Positions 1 through 8,861 of a DNA stretch of 64,000 nucleotides are shown piece after piece (the stretch's first letter is position 1; every line of letters starts with the position of its first letter). The notes under the pieces were generated by a model. The model did no database searches, was not told where the DNA came from, and saw only the letters and a program-made list of their open reading frames with translations. The translations under genes were made by a program, and so were the position numbers. Where the stretch lies: contig OZ245002.1 of assembly GCA_965223415.1 (NCBI GenBank), forward strand, positions 4,480,001-4,544,000, read 5' to 3'. This DNA comes from Myxococcota bacterium (GTDB lineage: Bacteria; Myxococcota_A; UBA9160; UBA6930).

Positions 1-93
1 CTCGCGAAGGCCGGCTTCACCGACCTCACCAACCTGGTGGGCGGGATCGAGGCCTGGTCCCTCACCGTCGACTCGTCCGTGCCCCGGTACTGA
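1..93 (+). CDS. Rhodanese-domain protein, 3' fragment (partial at window edge)
   Basis: Frame 1 reads LAKAGFTDLTNLVGGIEAWSLTVDSSVPRY*, a typical rhodanese/MoeZ C-terminal NLxGGIxAW...VPxY motif. Confidence 0.85.
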   Translation, partial: LAKAGFTDLTNLVGGIEAWSLTVDSSVPRY

Positions 94-95
94 CG

Positions 96-437
96 ATGGC
101 GACCCGCATTCCCGACCCGCTGAAACGCCGTCACCTGGTGGAGGGGGACCTGGACCCGGCGAAGGCGCGGGCCGTGGCCGAGGCCTACCTGGCGGACGGT
201 CGCCACCAGGAAGCCATCGTCTTCCTGGCGCGTGCGGAAGCGACCGAAGAGCTGGAGACGCTCCTGGAGCAGGCGGTCGAGGCCGGCGACGCCTTTCTCG
301 TGCGGCAGGCCGCCGAGGCTCTGGAGCGTTCCGTCCCTTCCGAGACCTGGGCCCGCGTCGCCGAGCGGGCGCGCGCCCTCGGGAAGGATCGCTACGCTTC
401 GGAAGCGAGTCGCCAGGCCGGGCGGCCCGCAGACTGA
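96..437 (+). CDS. Hypothetical alpha-helical protein
   Basis: 113-aa ORF with GC3-rich codons; starts 2 nt after the previous stop. Confidence 0.75.
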   Translation: MATRIPDPLKRRHLVEGDLDPAKARAVAEAYLADGRHQEAIVFLARAEATEELETLLEQAVEAGDAFLVRQAAEALERSVPSETWARVAERARALGKDRYASEASRQAGRPAD

Positions 438-448
438 GGTCGCGATCG

Positions 449-616
449 ATGCCGTTGCGTTGTCTGGTGGTGCGGGGGCTGGTGAAGGAGGTCGAGGAGG
501 AGATCAACAAGTTCCTCGCCTCGGCCGAGGTAAACGTCCTGCACATGGCGCAGAGCGAGACCGGCGAGTACCTGAGCGTCACGCTCATCTACGACGAGCT
601 CACACCTGGCGCCTGA
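449..616 (+). CDS. Small 55-aa hypothetical protein (not in the ORF track)
   Basis: ATG at 449: MPLRCLVVRGLVKEVEEEINKFLASAEVNVLHMAQSETGEYLSVTLIYDELTPGA*; strongly coding-like codon usage. Confidence 0.7.
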   Translation: MPLRCLVVRGLVKEVEEEINKFLASAEVNVLHMAQSETGEYLSVTLIYDELTPGA

Positions 617-651
617 GTCCCTCCGCGACGGGCTGCGGTACTCTCCGTGCG

Positions 652-987
652 GTGCGCCCCCCGGTCCCCCGTTGCCTCGATGAGCTCGTCGAATGGCTGC
701 GTGCACGCTTCGACGCCAAGGCCGCGACGGACCTGTTCGCCGTGGTTCACCTGGACCTGGAGGGCCCGGACGGCGGCTCCGTGGTACTGCGCATCGAGCC
801 CGGACGCGCCGAGGTGGGGCGGGGCGCCGTCACCGAGCCGGACCTCCGGCTGCGGGCGGCGGCTGCGGACGTCTTCTCCATCCTCTCGGGCTGCGAGAGC
901 GCCGACGTATTGCACATGGAGGGCCGGCTCGAGCTCGACGGGGACCTGGGCCTCGCCATGAAGCTCCGCACGATCTTTCCCGCGTGA
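652..987 (+). CDS. SCP2 sterol/lipid-binding domain protein
   Basis: C-terminal MEGRLELDGDLGLAMKL and PDLRLR motifs. GTG start inferred, 7 nt after TACTCT. Confidence 0.8.
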   Translation: MRPPVPRCLDELVEWLRARFDAKAATDLFAVVHLDLEGPDGGSVVLRIEPGRAEVGRGAVTEPDLRLRAAAADVFSILSGCESADVLHMEGRLELDGDLGLAMKLRTIFPA

Positions 988-1009
988 GCCGCGCGGAGAC
1001 CGCGCCGCC

Positions 1010-3739
1010 ATGGACCTGCCCGCCATCCGCATCGAGAATGCCCGGACCCACAACCTCCGGAACGCATCCTGCACGATTCCGCTCCACAGCCTGACGGTGG
1101 TGAGCGGTGTGTCCGGCTCGGGCAAGTCGAGCCTCGCCTTCGACACCCTCTACGCGGAGGGCCAGCGGCGCTACGTGGCGTCGCTCTCCACCTACGCGCG
1201 TCAGTTCCTGGAGCGGCTCCCGCGGCCCGATGTCGACCTGGTGAGCAACCTGCCCCCGGCGATCGCGATCGAGCAGCACAACCGGGTGACGAACGCGCGC
1301 TCGACCGTCGGAACGGCCACGGAGATCCTGGATCACCTGCGCCTCCTCTACGCCAAGATCGGCGAGACCCGCTGCTGCGGCGCCCCGGTGCGGCCGGGCA
1401 CGGTGCAGGGCTGGACCGACCGCCTGCTCGCGCGCTTCGCCGGAACCCGCGGCAGCCTCGCGGTGGCGTTGCCCGCCGCCGACGCCGCGCCGGCCCTGCG
1501 CGAGCGGCTCGCCCGGGAGGGCTGGACCCGCCTGCTCGACGCCCGCGGCCGGCGCCTCGAGCTCGACGACGTGGACGACGCCCGTCTCGACCGCGAGCGC
1601 GCGCGGCTGCGCTCGGTGGTGGACCGCCTGGCCATCGCCGAGGACGCGCGCGCCCGGCTGGCCGAAGCCGTGGCAGCGGCCCTGGGCCGCGGCTTCGGGG
1701 AGGCGCTCTTCGTTCCCGAGGACCGCGAGCCGATGACGCTCCGCGAGGGATTCGTGTGCGAGCGCTGCGGCCGGCGGCATCCGACGCCGGAGCCCGCGCT
1801 CTTCTCCTTCAACAGCCCCCTCGGCGCCTGCGGCACCTGCCAGGGCTTCGGCCGCGTGTCCGCCCTCGACCTGGCGAAGGTGATCCCGGACCCGGAGGTC
1901 TCCCTGAAAGAAGGCGCGATCGCGCCCTTCGCGACGCCGAGCGGCCGCAGCTGCCAGCGCGACCTGATGCGCGCCTGCCGGGCCGTGGGCATCGATCCGG
2001 CGCGGCCCTGGAAGCGGCTCGGCTCGCGCCAGCGCGCGTGGGTCATCGAGGGAGACGACGAGTGGTACGGCGTGCGGGGCTACTTCGAATGGCTCGAGTC
2101 CCGTCGCTACAAGGTGCAGGCACGCATCGCCATCGCGCGCTACCGGCGCTTCGACCCGTGCCCGGCCTGCGCGGGCCACCGCCTGCGGAGCGAGGCCTTG
2201 GAGGTATGGGTCGGCGGTCGGCACCTGGGCGAGGCCTCGGCGCTCACGATCGAGGAGCTCGCGGCCTGGCTCGCCGGGCTCGACCTCGACGACGCCGCCC
2301 GCGAGCGGGGCGGTCGCCTGCTGGCGCTCGTGCGTGCGAGGGTGGGGACGGCCCTCGAGGTCGGCCTCGGCTACCTGAGCCTGGCCCGGCAGGTGCGCAC
2401 GCTCTCCGGCGGCGAGGCCCAGCGCATCCAGCTCGCCACCGCGCTCGGCGGCGCGCTCACCTCCGCTCTGTACGTGCTCGACGAGCCGTCCGTCGGCCTG
2501 CATCCGCGGGACGTGGGCCGGCTGCTCACGGTACTCCAGGCGATCCGCGACCAGGGCAACACGGTGGTGGTGGTCGAGCACGCGCCCGAGATCGTGGCGG
2601 CGGCGGACCACGTCGTCGATCTCGGTCCGGGCGCGGGTCGGGACGGCGGCCAGGTCGTGGCCGAGGGCAGCGTGAAGGAGGTGGCCGCCCAGGGCACCTC
2701 GCCGACCGGACGCATGCTGTCCGGAGAGCTGGCGCTCGCGCGCCGGCGGCGGGCGCGAGCGAGTGGCGAGCTGCGCATCGAGGGTGCACGCGCCCAGAAC
2801 CTCCAGGATCTCGACGTGCGCATTCCGCTGGGCCAGCTGGTGGTCGTCACCGGGGTGTCCGGTGCCGGCAAGTCGACCCTCGTGCGCTCGGTCCTCGTCG
2901 GCGAGCTCCAGGGAGACAGCGACCGGGGGCCCTGCGATCGTCTCGTCGGGGCGGACCAGGTCGACGAGGTGGTAGTGGTCGAGCCGACGCCGCCGGGTCG
3001 GAGCGCCCGCTCCAACCCCGCGACGGTCTCCAAGGCCTTCGACGGCATCCGCAAGCGCTTCGCGGGCACCGCCGCGGCGAAGCGCCGTGGCCTCGCGCCG
3101 GGCTGGTTCTCCTTCAACGTCCCCGGCGGTCGCTGCGAGCCCTGCGAAGGCAGCGGCGAGACCGTGGTCGACATGCAGTTCCTCGAGGACGTGCGCATCC
3201 CCTGCGAGCACTGCGACGGAGCCCGCTACAAGCCCGAGGCGCGGGACATCACGGTGAACGGCCTCTCGATCGTCGACGTGCTGGCGCTCTCCGTGCGCGA
3301 GGCGCGGCAGCGCTTCGCCGGGGAGAAGACCATCGGCCCGCGGCTCGAGCCCCTGTGCCGGGTGGGCCTCGGCTACCTCACCCTGGCCCAGCCCCTCTCG
3401 ACCCTCTCCGGCGGCGAGCTTCAGCGCCTGCGCATCGCCCAGGCCCTGGCCGCCGGAACGCCCGGCGCGCTGTACGTGATGGACGAGCCGACCACCGGGC
3501 TCCATGTGTCGGAGGTGCAGGTCCTCGTCTCGTGCCTCGACGCGCTGCTGGACGCCGGCTCGAGCGTGATCCTGGTGGAGCACAACCTGGACGTGATCCG
3601 CGCCGCCGACTGGATCCTCGATCTCGGGCCCGAGGGCGGGCCGGGCGGCGGGCGCCTCGTCGCCGAAGGAACGCCGGAAGCGATCGCGAAGGTCGACGCC
3701 TCGTTCACCGGAGCCGCCCTGCGCGGCGAGTTCGGCTGA
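1010..3739 (+). CDS. uvrA: Excinuclease ABC subunit A family (probably a UvrA paralog)
   Basis: Two ABC cassettes (GVSGSGKSS and [14 protein letters not shown] twice; DEPS/DEPT), [18 protein letters not shown] and CxxC zinc modules. Confidence 0.92.
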   Translation: MDLPAIRIENARTHNLRNASCTIPLHSLTVVSGVSGSGKSSLAFDTLYAEGQRRYVASLSTYARQFLERLPRPDVDLVSNLPPAIAIEQHNRVTNARSTVGTATEILDHLRLLYAKIGETRCCGAPVRPGTVQGWTDRLLARFAGTRGSLAVALPAADAAPALRERLAREGWTRLLDARGRRLELDDVDDARLDRERARLRSVVDRLAIAEDARARLAEAVAAALGRGFGEALFVPEDREPMTLREGFVCERCGRRHPTPEPALFSFNSPLGACGTCQGFGRVSALDLAKVIPDPEVSLKEGAIAPFATPSGRSCQRDLMRACRAVGIDPARPWKRLGSRQRAWVIEGDDEWYGVRGYFEWLESRRYKVQARIAIARYRRFDPCPACAGHRLRSEALEVWVGGRHLGEASALTIEELAAWLAGLDLDDAARERGGRLLALVRARVGTALEVGLGYLSLARQVRTLSGGEAQRIQLATALGGALTSALYVLDEPSVGLHPRDVGRLLTVLQAIRDQGNTVVVVEHAPEIVAAADHVVDLGPGAGRDGGQVVAEGSVKEVAAQGTSPTGRMLSGELALARRRRARASGELRIEGARAQNLQDLDVRIPLGQLVVVTGVSGAGKSTLVRSVLVGELQGDSDRGPCDRLVGADQVDEVVVVEPTPPGRSARSNPATVSKAFDGIRKRFAGTAAAKRRGLAPGWFSFNVPGGRCEPCEGSGETVVDMQFLEDVRIPCEHCDGARYKPEARDITVNGLSIVDVLALSVREARQRFAGEKTIGPRLEPLCRVGLGYLTLAQPLSTLSGGELQRLRIAQALAAGTPGALYVMDEPTTGLHVSEVQVLVSCLDALLDAGSSVILVEHNLDVIRAADWILDLGPEGGPGGGRLVAEGTPEAIAKVDASFTGAALRGEFG

Positions 3740-3743
3740 ACCG

Positions 3744-4115
3744 ATGGCCCGCGCGCCCGAACGCGCCGTTCCGCCCCCGGACATCCATCCGGAGGAGTTC
3801 TTCACCCGCTGGGTCCCCACCTCGGTCGCGTCGGACGAGGGCCGCCGGCTACGCCTCGCCGAAACCGAGGCGGTGCTCGAGTTCACGCTGACCGACCACG
3901 TAGAGGGGACCTATCACCTGCGCGTCGAGCGCGGCCTCGTGGTCGGCGTCACCGGCCGCGCCCTCGCCCCCGATCTGCGCATCGAGCTGGACGTCGCCAC
4001 CTGGAAGAGCCTGAACGCCGGCGAGCTCTCGGCTCCGGAGGCGTTCCTGAAGCGGAGGGTACGGCTCGAGGGCAACCTGGCCCTGGCGGTGAAGCTGCAT
4101 CTGATTCTCGGGTGA
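3744..4115 (+). CDS. SCP2 sterol/lipid-binding domain protein
   Basis: GELSAPEAFLKRRVRLEGNLALAVKL, an SCP2-like C-terminus. Confidence 0.82.
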   Translation: MARAPERAVPPPDIHPEEFFTRWVPTSVASDEGRRLRLAETEAVLEFTLTDHVEGTYHLRVERGLVVGVTGRALAPDLRIELDVATWKSLNAGELSAPEAFLKRRVRLEGNLALAVKLHLILG

Positions 4116-4221
4116 GGCTCGATCCGGAATCGCACTCGGGAGGCCCGCTCGGGCCGTGAGGGACGGCGCCCGTGAAGCAGGTCGCACCTCTCCACCGCGG
4201 GCCCGCGGTACGCTGCCGTGG

Positions 4222-6351
4222 ATGGCAGCGAGCCCGTCCTTCTTCGATCTGGTCCGCTCCGCCGGCTGGGAGGTCGCCGACGACCTGGTCGAGCTCGTGC
4301 GGCTGGCCTGGTGGATCCATGGCGAACGCGTGCAGGGCGAGGTGCGGGACGGCGATACGGTCTCGCGCTCGACCTGGATGCACGCCGGCTGTCTGCAGAG
4401 TGGCCGCGTGCGCGAGGCCTTCGATGGGTCCGGGCTCGACTGGGACGCCTGGGTGGAGGGCCTGGGCCTGGCGTCGCACGGGGTGCCGTCCAAGCTCGCA
4501 GGCCGCGAGGACGTGCAGGTCAACCCGGCCTACGTGGGAGCGGCGCTCGATGCGTTGGCTCGTGAGGGGATCGAGCGACCCCTGACGTCCGCAGGCTTCC
4601 TATACGGCATCGCGCTCAGCCTCCGCGATGGGAAGGGCGGCGGACGCATCGCAAAGCGTCTCGAGGCCGCCGGAGCGGACCTCAAGAGGCTGGCCTTTCA
4701 TCTGGAGGAGGCATGGCAGGGGCGCGAGCCGGCCCCGTCGGCTTCGACCGCTCCGCGTTCGTCGCGGAAGCCGGCCCCGTCGGCCAAGACCTCTCCGCGT
4801 TCGTCGCGGAAGCCGGGTCTGTCGGTATCGACCGCTTCGGGTCCGACGCGGCAGGACGTAGCGGCCTACGCCGCCGACGCCGTCGCCGAGCGCGACGCAC
4901 TCGGCCGGCGCGGGTTCGCCCGTGCCCTGGCCTTGCGCATGGGCGCGGTGTGGCGTGCCGAGAATCCGGAGGGCCGGGAGTCGGGGGAGTACGGGTACGC
5001 CGTGCAGCTGGATGGTCCGTGGGGCTCCGGCAAGACCACTCTGCTCGAGTTCGTGGCCCGCGAGCTGGCGGGAGCGCCGGAGCCCTGGGCGATCGTCCGC
5101 TTCAACGCATGGAAGCACCAGCGACTCGATCCGCCGTGGTGGGCGCTCTACCGGGCAGTCCTGTCGGGCGGCCTGCCCACCGAGCCCGGGCCCATGCGCC
5201 GGATCCTGTGGCGCGACTTCTGGTGGCGCGTCTGGCATCTGCCCGGGAGCCAGCCTGCCCGCGCACTGGCGTTGGTCGGGGCGGCACTGGTGCTGATCCT
5301 GATCGTTCTAGGTACCTGGAACCAGCTCGGACCCAGCAACTGGGCGACCGCCGCCAAGGCCGGGTCGGCCGTTCTCGCCCTGGGCATGACGCTCTTCGCC
5401 CTGCTCGGCTCCCGCTCGTCTCCTGCCTCGGCGAAGCGCTTCGAAGACCTGGCCAACGACTCGATGGGTGAGCTCCGCGATCACTATCGCCGGCTCGTCA
5501 AGGAAATGGATCGTCCCATTCTCGTTCTCGTTGACGACCTGGACCGCTGCGAGCCCGGCTACGTCGTGCGCCTGGTGGAGGGCATCCAGACCCTGTTCTC
5601 CCACTCCCGCGTCTTCTGGATCATGGCCGCGGACCGGCGCTGGCTGACCGCCTGCTTCGAGGAGGGCTTCGCGAAGATCCAGGGCGTCGCCGAGCCGGGC
5701 CGGCCGCTGGGCCGGCTGTTCCTCGCCAAGGCGTTCCAGCTCGAGGTGTCGGTGCCGGGCATGCACCCGGAGCTGAAGCTCCAGTTCCTGAACGAGTTCC
5801 TGGGCGGGAAGCTCGGCAGCTTTGCCCAGCGCCTGCAGGAGGCCGAGGGACGCGCCCATCGGGAGTTCTCCGCCGGCGGAGTGACCGAGACCCTGGGGCG
5901 CCTGGTCGACGACGACGCCGGAGCCGACGACGTTGTCGAGGAGATGGCGCGCCGCCAGGCGGCGATCGTGCACCTGGCCGGCCAGGAGCCCGAGGAGGAG
6001 ACGGAGCACTACTTGTCGGGCTTCGTCGGCCTCATGGAGTCCAACCCCCGCTCGATCAAGCGGCTGACCCAGGCCTACGGGATGAACCTGGCGGTGGTGA
6101 CCCTCTACGACCCGACGCTCGTGCAGGACGACGCGCAGCGCGACCAGCTCGTGCGCTGGACGATCCTCGGCATGCGCTGGCCCGCCCTCGCGGACGCGTT
6201 CGCCGGTGCGCTCGGCGAGCTGGACACCTTGAGTCCAGCGGCCGTGGGATTCGAGGACCTCGAAGACGACCCCGAGGTGATGAGCGTCCTCGAGGGCGTC
6301 GACGAGGAGACCGTCAAGGAGCTGGTGGCGGCGCTGAGCCCCCGAAACTGA
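4222..6351 (+). CDS. KAP family P-loop NTPase with two TM helices and an N-terminal extension
   Basis: Walker A GPWGSGKT, FNAWKH, two hydrophobic helices, Walker B LVLVDDLDRC and NPRSIKR. Start at ATG 4222 is inferred. Confidence 0.88.
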   Translation: MAASPSFFDLVRSAGWEVADDLVELVRLAWWIHGERVQGEVRDGDTVSRSTWMHAGCLQSGRVREAFDGSGLDWDAWVEGLGLASHGVPSKLAGREDVQVNPAYVGAALDALAREGIERPLTSAGFLYGIALSLRDGKGGGRIAKRLEAAGADLKRLAFHLEEAWQGREPAPSASTAPRSSRKPAPSAKTSPRSSRKPGLSVSTASGPTRQDVAAYAADAVAERDALGRRGFARALALRMGAVWRAENPEGRESGEYGYAVQLDGPWGSGKTTLLEFVARELAGAPEPWAIVRFNAWKHQRLDPPWWALYRAVLSGGLPTEPGPMRRILWRDFWWRVWHLPGSQPARALALVGAALVLILIVLGTWNQLGPSNWATAAKAGSAVLALGMTLFALLGSRSSPASAKRFEDLANDSMGELRDHYRRLVKEMDRPILVLVDDLDRCEPGYVVRLVEGIQTLFSHSRVFWIMAADRRWLTACFEEGFAKIQGVAEPGRPLGRLFLAKAFQLEVSVPGMHPELKLQFLNEFLGGKLGSFAQRLQEAEGRAHREFSAGGVTETLGRLVDDDAGADDVVEEMARRQAAIVHLAGQEPEEETEHYLSGFVGLMESNPRSIKRLTQAYGMNLAVVTLYDPTLVQDDAQRDQLVRWTILGMRWPALADAFAGALGELDTLSPAAVGFEDLEDDPEVMSVLEGVDEETVKELVAALSPRN
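4729..4840 (+). repeat. 42-bp in-frame tandem repeat (about 2.6 copies) in the KAP NTPase linker
   Basis: gccggccccgtcggc...ctccgcgttcgtcgcggaa repeated; encodes PAPSAxTxPRSSRK. Confidence 0.8.
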
Positions 6352-6726
6352 ACGCGGAGAGGCGGGCTAGGTCGCCGGCATCTCGGCTGGGTCGAACCCT
6401 GGCCCTGCCTTGCGCCAGGCCGTGCCGAGGAGCCAGGTGTGAGGGTCCGCGGTGGCCCGGAGGTGGCCTCCGAGCCGGGCCCGGGCTTCGGCGACGAGGA
6501 CCCGGTTCCTGGCGGTGCGCTTCCACCCCTCGAACCCGCGGCCGGAGGAGGCCGGATCGATCCGCACGGGGCCGGGACGCCCCGGCGTCCCGCAGGAGAG
6601 AAGGAAGCCGCGAAACACCCCGAAAGCGCCCCATCCCAACCGAACCCAAGCCCGCACTCCCTCGAAATCCGCGTAGGCTCCCCACCGGTCGCCCCCGGGC
6701 CTCGCAAGGGCTCCGCGCGAGCCCGC

Positions 6727-7062
6727 CTACGCGCGCTTGGGATGATGCTGCCGGACCTCGCGTCGCTGGGCGAAGATCCGCTTGTCGTGCACGCGTCGCA
6801 GCTGGTGCTCGAGCTTGTGCAGGACCTGGTCGGCGACCTGGGCGGCCTGCTCCCCGGTCGCATGGCTGGCGGCCTCGGTGCGCTTGCCGGTGGCGTGGGC
6901 GCTGGCGGTGTGGCCCAGGCCGTCAGGGGCGAGAGTGACTTCGAGCCGGTTCAGCTCCGGGAACTCCTCTACGATCGCCTGGCAGCGCGCCTCGAGGCGG
7001 CGCCGGGCCTCGTCGGAGAGATCGGTTTCCCTGACGTGCAGTGCGACGGATTCGTTCGCCAT
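6727..7062 (-). CDS. hpf: Ribosome hibernation factor, HPF/RaiA family
   Basis: 111-aa protein with HPF-like pattern (…ADQVLHKLEHQLRRVHDK); TAGAAT -10 box and GGGG SD-like element upstream. Confidence 0.75.
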   Translation of the reverse strand: MANESVALHVRETDLSDEARRRLEARCQAIVEEFPELNRLEVTLAPDGLGHTASAHATGKRTEAASHATGEQAAQVADQVLHKLEHQLRRVHDKRIFAQRREVRQHHPKRA

Positions 7063-7268
7063 GGATCCCCCGTGATCGGTCGTTTCGATTCTATCACGGG
7101 GCCCCGCCCCGGGGGGCGTCAGAGGCCGAGGCCGATCGGCGGCGGCGGCCTCGGCCAGATGGCCGAGTCCGGGGGCGGGGTGGCCGTGGTATCCGCGTTG
7201 CCTGCCCCGGGGGGCACCACCGACCCGGAAAGCCCAGAGGACCCTTCCTGCGCGACACCGTGGCCGCC

Positions 7269-7376
7269 CTGCTGAGCTGCCTGTCCGGCTTCCTCGGCGA
7301 CGACGAGCGCATCATCGTGCGCGAGGACTCGTCGGAGCTGCCGCTCCAGCATCGGCACGTGCCGCCCTTCGAGGCC
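7269..7376 (+). pseudogene. Fragment of a CpaF/TadA-type secretion ATPase
   Basis: LLSCLSGFLGDDERIIVREDSSELPLQHRHV matches the CpaF segment after Walker A (LLNALS..I..dERIvtiEDaaELqLq). Walker A and the rest of the gene are absent. Confidence 0.6.
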
Positions 7377-7764
7377 GGTCTCGACCTTCGGCTCGCCGAA
7401 GAGCCATCCCGACGCCGGAGCCCAGCTCTCGGATCGGCTCGTCAACCATCTCTTCGGTCCGCGACCCGAACAGCCTCCGCCGCCCAAGCTGATCGACGTG
7501 CCGATCCACGAATCCGTGCGCGACCCGCTCGGCTCGATCACGACGAAGGGCTTCGCCACGGTCTCGCTGCGCATCTTCGACTCGAACCGCCCGGCGATCG
7601 TGGAGGAATGAGTTCAGCGCCCGCTACGCGCCGGCGCGAAGCTGCCCGAGGACAACGCGGATTGCCGCACCCTGCGCGAGCTGATGCTGGAGCACTCCGA
7701 GCGGGGATTTCTCCCGTCGGGCGGTGGCGCCTGAGCCCGGCGCATCGCGAGGAGCGCGGCAGGT

Positions 7765-7863
7765 TGGCGGAAGCGGACGGGAATCGAACCCGCCGGAACC
7801 GTGTCGCCACGATTCCCACCGGATTTGAAGTCCGGGCGAGGCACCAGCGCTCGAAACGCTTCC
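7765..7863 (-). tRNA. selC: tRNA-Sec (anticodon UCA)
   Basis: Reverse complement GGAAGCGTTTCGAGCGCTGGTGCCTCGCCCGGACTTCAAATCCGG...GGTTCGATTCCCGTCCGCTTCCGCCA: UCA anticodon, long variable arm, TGGT D-loop, G discriminator and encoded CCA; 99 nt. Confidence 0.95.
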
Positions 7864-7990
7864 GCCGCGCAGGATAGCCCCGATCCGACGCTGCCAGCTC
7901 TGCGGAACGCCGCCGGATCGGGCAAGAAAACGGTTTTCCCCCGCGCGAAGGGCGTTACAATTCCGTTCGGGCCTTACCGGGGGGGAGGCA

Positions 7991-8851
7991 GTGTACTCAC
8001 GGGCGGATACCGCCAAGATCCTGCGCGTGACACCGGCGCGCCTGCGCTACTGGGAGAGCCAGGACCTGGTGCGCCGTTCGGCCGACGACGGCGGCCGGAG
8101 CGCCTTCGCGTTCGAAGACCTGCTGCAGGTGCGCTCCCTCGTGTCGCTGGTCGAGGACGGGGTTCCGGCCCAGCGCATCCGTCGCAGCCTCGACGCCCTG
8201 CGCGCGCGCCTGCCGGAGCTCGAGCGTCCGCTGCGCGCCCTGCGCCTCTCCACAGCCGGAGCCGGCCGGGTCGCGGTGCGCCACGCCGGCGTCCTGATCG
8301 AGCCCGACGGCCAGCTCGCCCTCGACTTCGAGCGGACGGACGCCGGTGCTGCCGACCGCCCCACGCCGCTGGAGCGAGAGGGGGAGCCCAACTCCGGGGC
8401 CCTCGGGTGGTTCGAACGGGGCTGCGAGCTCGACGCGGAGCCGGCACGGCTGGACGAGGCCATCGAGGCCTACCGGCGGGCCATCGCCCTCGATCCGGAC
8501 TTTGCCGACGCCTACTGCAACCTCGGCACGGTGTACTTCAATCGGGGCGATCGGGAGGAGACGCGCCGCTGGTACGAAGCGGCCCTGGAGCGGGACCCGG
8601 GCCACCTGGAGGCCCACTTCAACCTGGCGAACCTCTTCGAGGAGGCGGGGCGGCGGGAGTCGGCGGTGCACCACTACAAGGCCGCCCTCGAGAGCGACCC
8701 GCTCTTCCCGGACGCGCACCTCAACCTGGCGTTGCTCTACGAGAAGCTCGAGCTGCGTCGCACGGCCCGGGAGCACTGGCGCCGCTACCTCCAGCGGGTG
8801 CCGGACGGCAACTGGTCGGAGATCGCGCGCCAGCGCGTCGACGAGGAGTAG
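7991..8851 (+). CDS. MerR-type HTH plus TPR repeat protein
   Basis: N-terminal YSRADTAKILRVTPARLRYWE (MerR HTH); C-terminal TPRs (DPDFADAYCNLG, AHFNLA, DAHLNLA); GGAGG SD. Confidence 0.85.
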   Translation: MYSRADTAKILRVTPARLRYWESQDLVRRSADDGGRSAFAFEDLLQVRSLVSLVEDGVPAQRIRRSLDALRARLPELERPLRALRLSTAGAGRVAVRHAGVLIEPDGQLALDFERTDAGAADRPTPLEREGEPNSGALGWFERGCELDAEPARLDEAIEAYRRAIALDPDFADAYCNLGTVYFNRGDREETRRWYEAALERDPGHLEAHFNLANLFEEAGRRESAVHHYKAALESDPLFPDAHLNLALLYEKLELRRTAREHWRRYLQRVPDGNWSEIARQRVDEE

Positions 8852-8861
8852 CTCTCCTCTC

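Noticed and set aside
6367..6657. 96-aa minus-strand ORF between the KAP gene and hpf
   Set aside because: Only partly coding-like with no recognisable motif; possibly a remnant, but not supportable as a gene.
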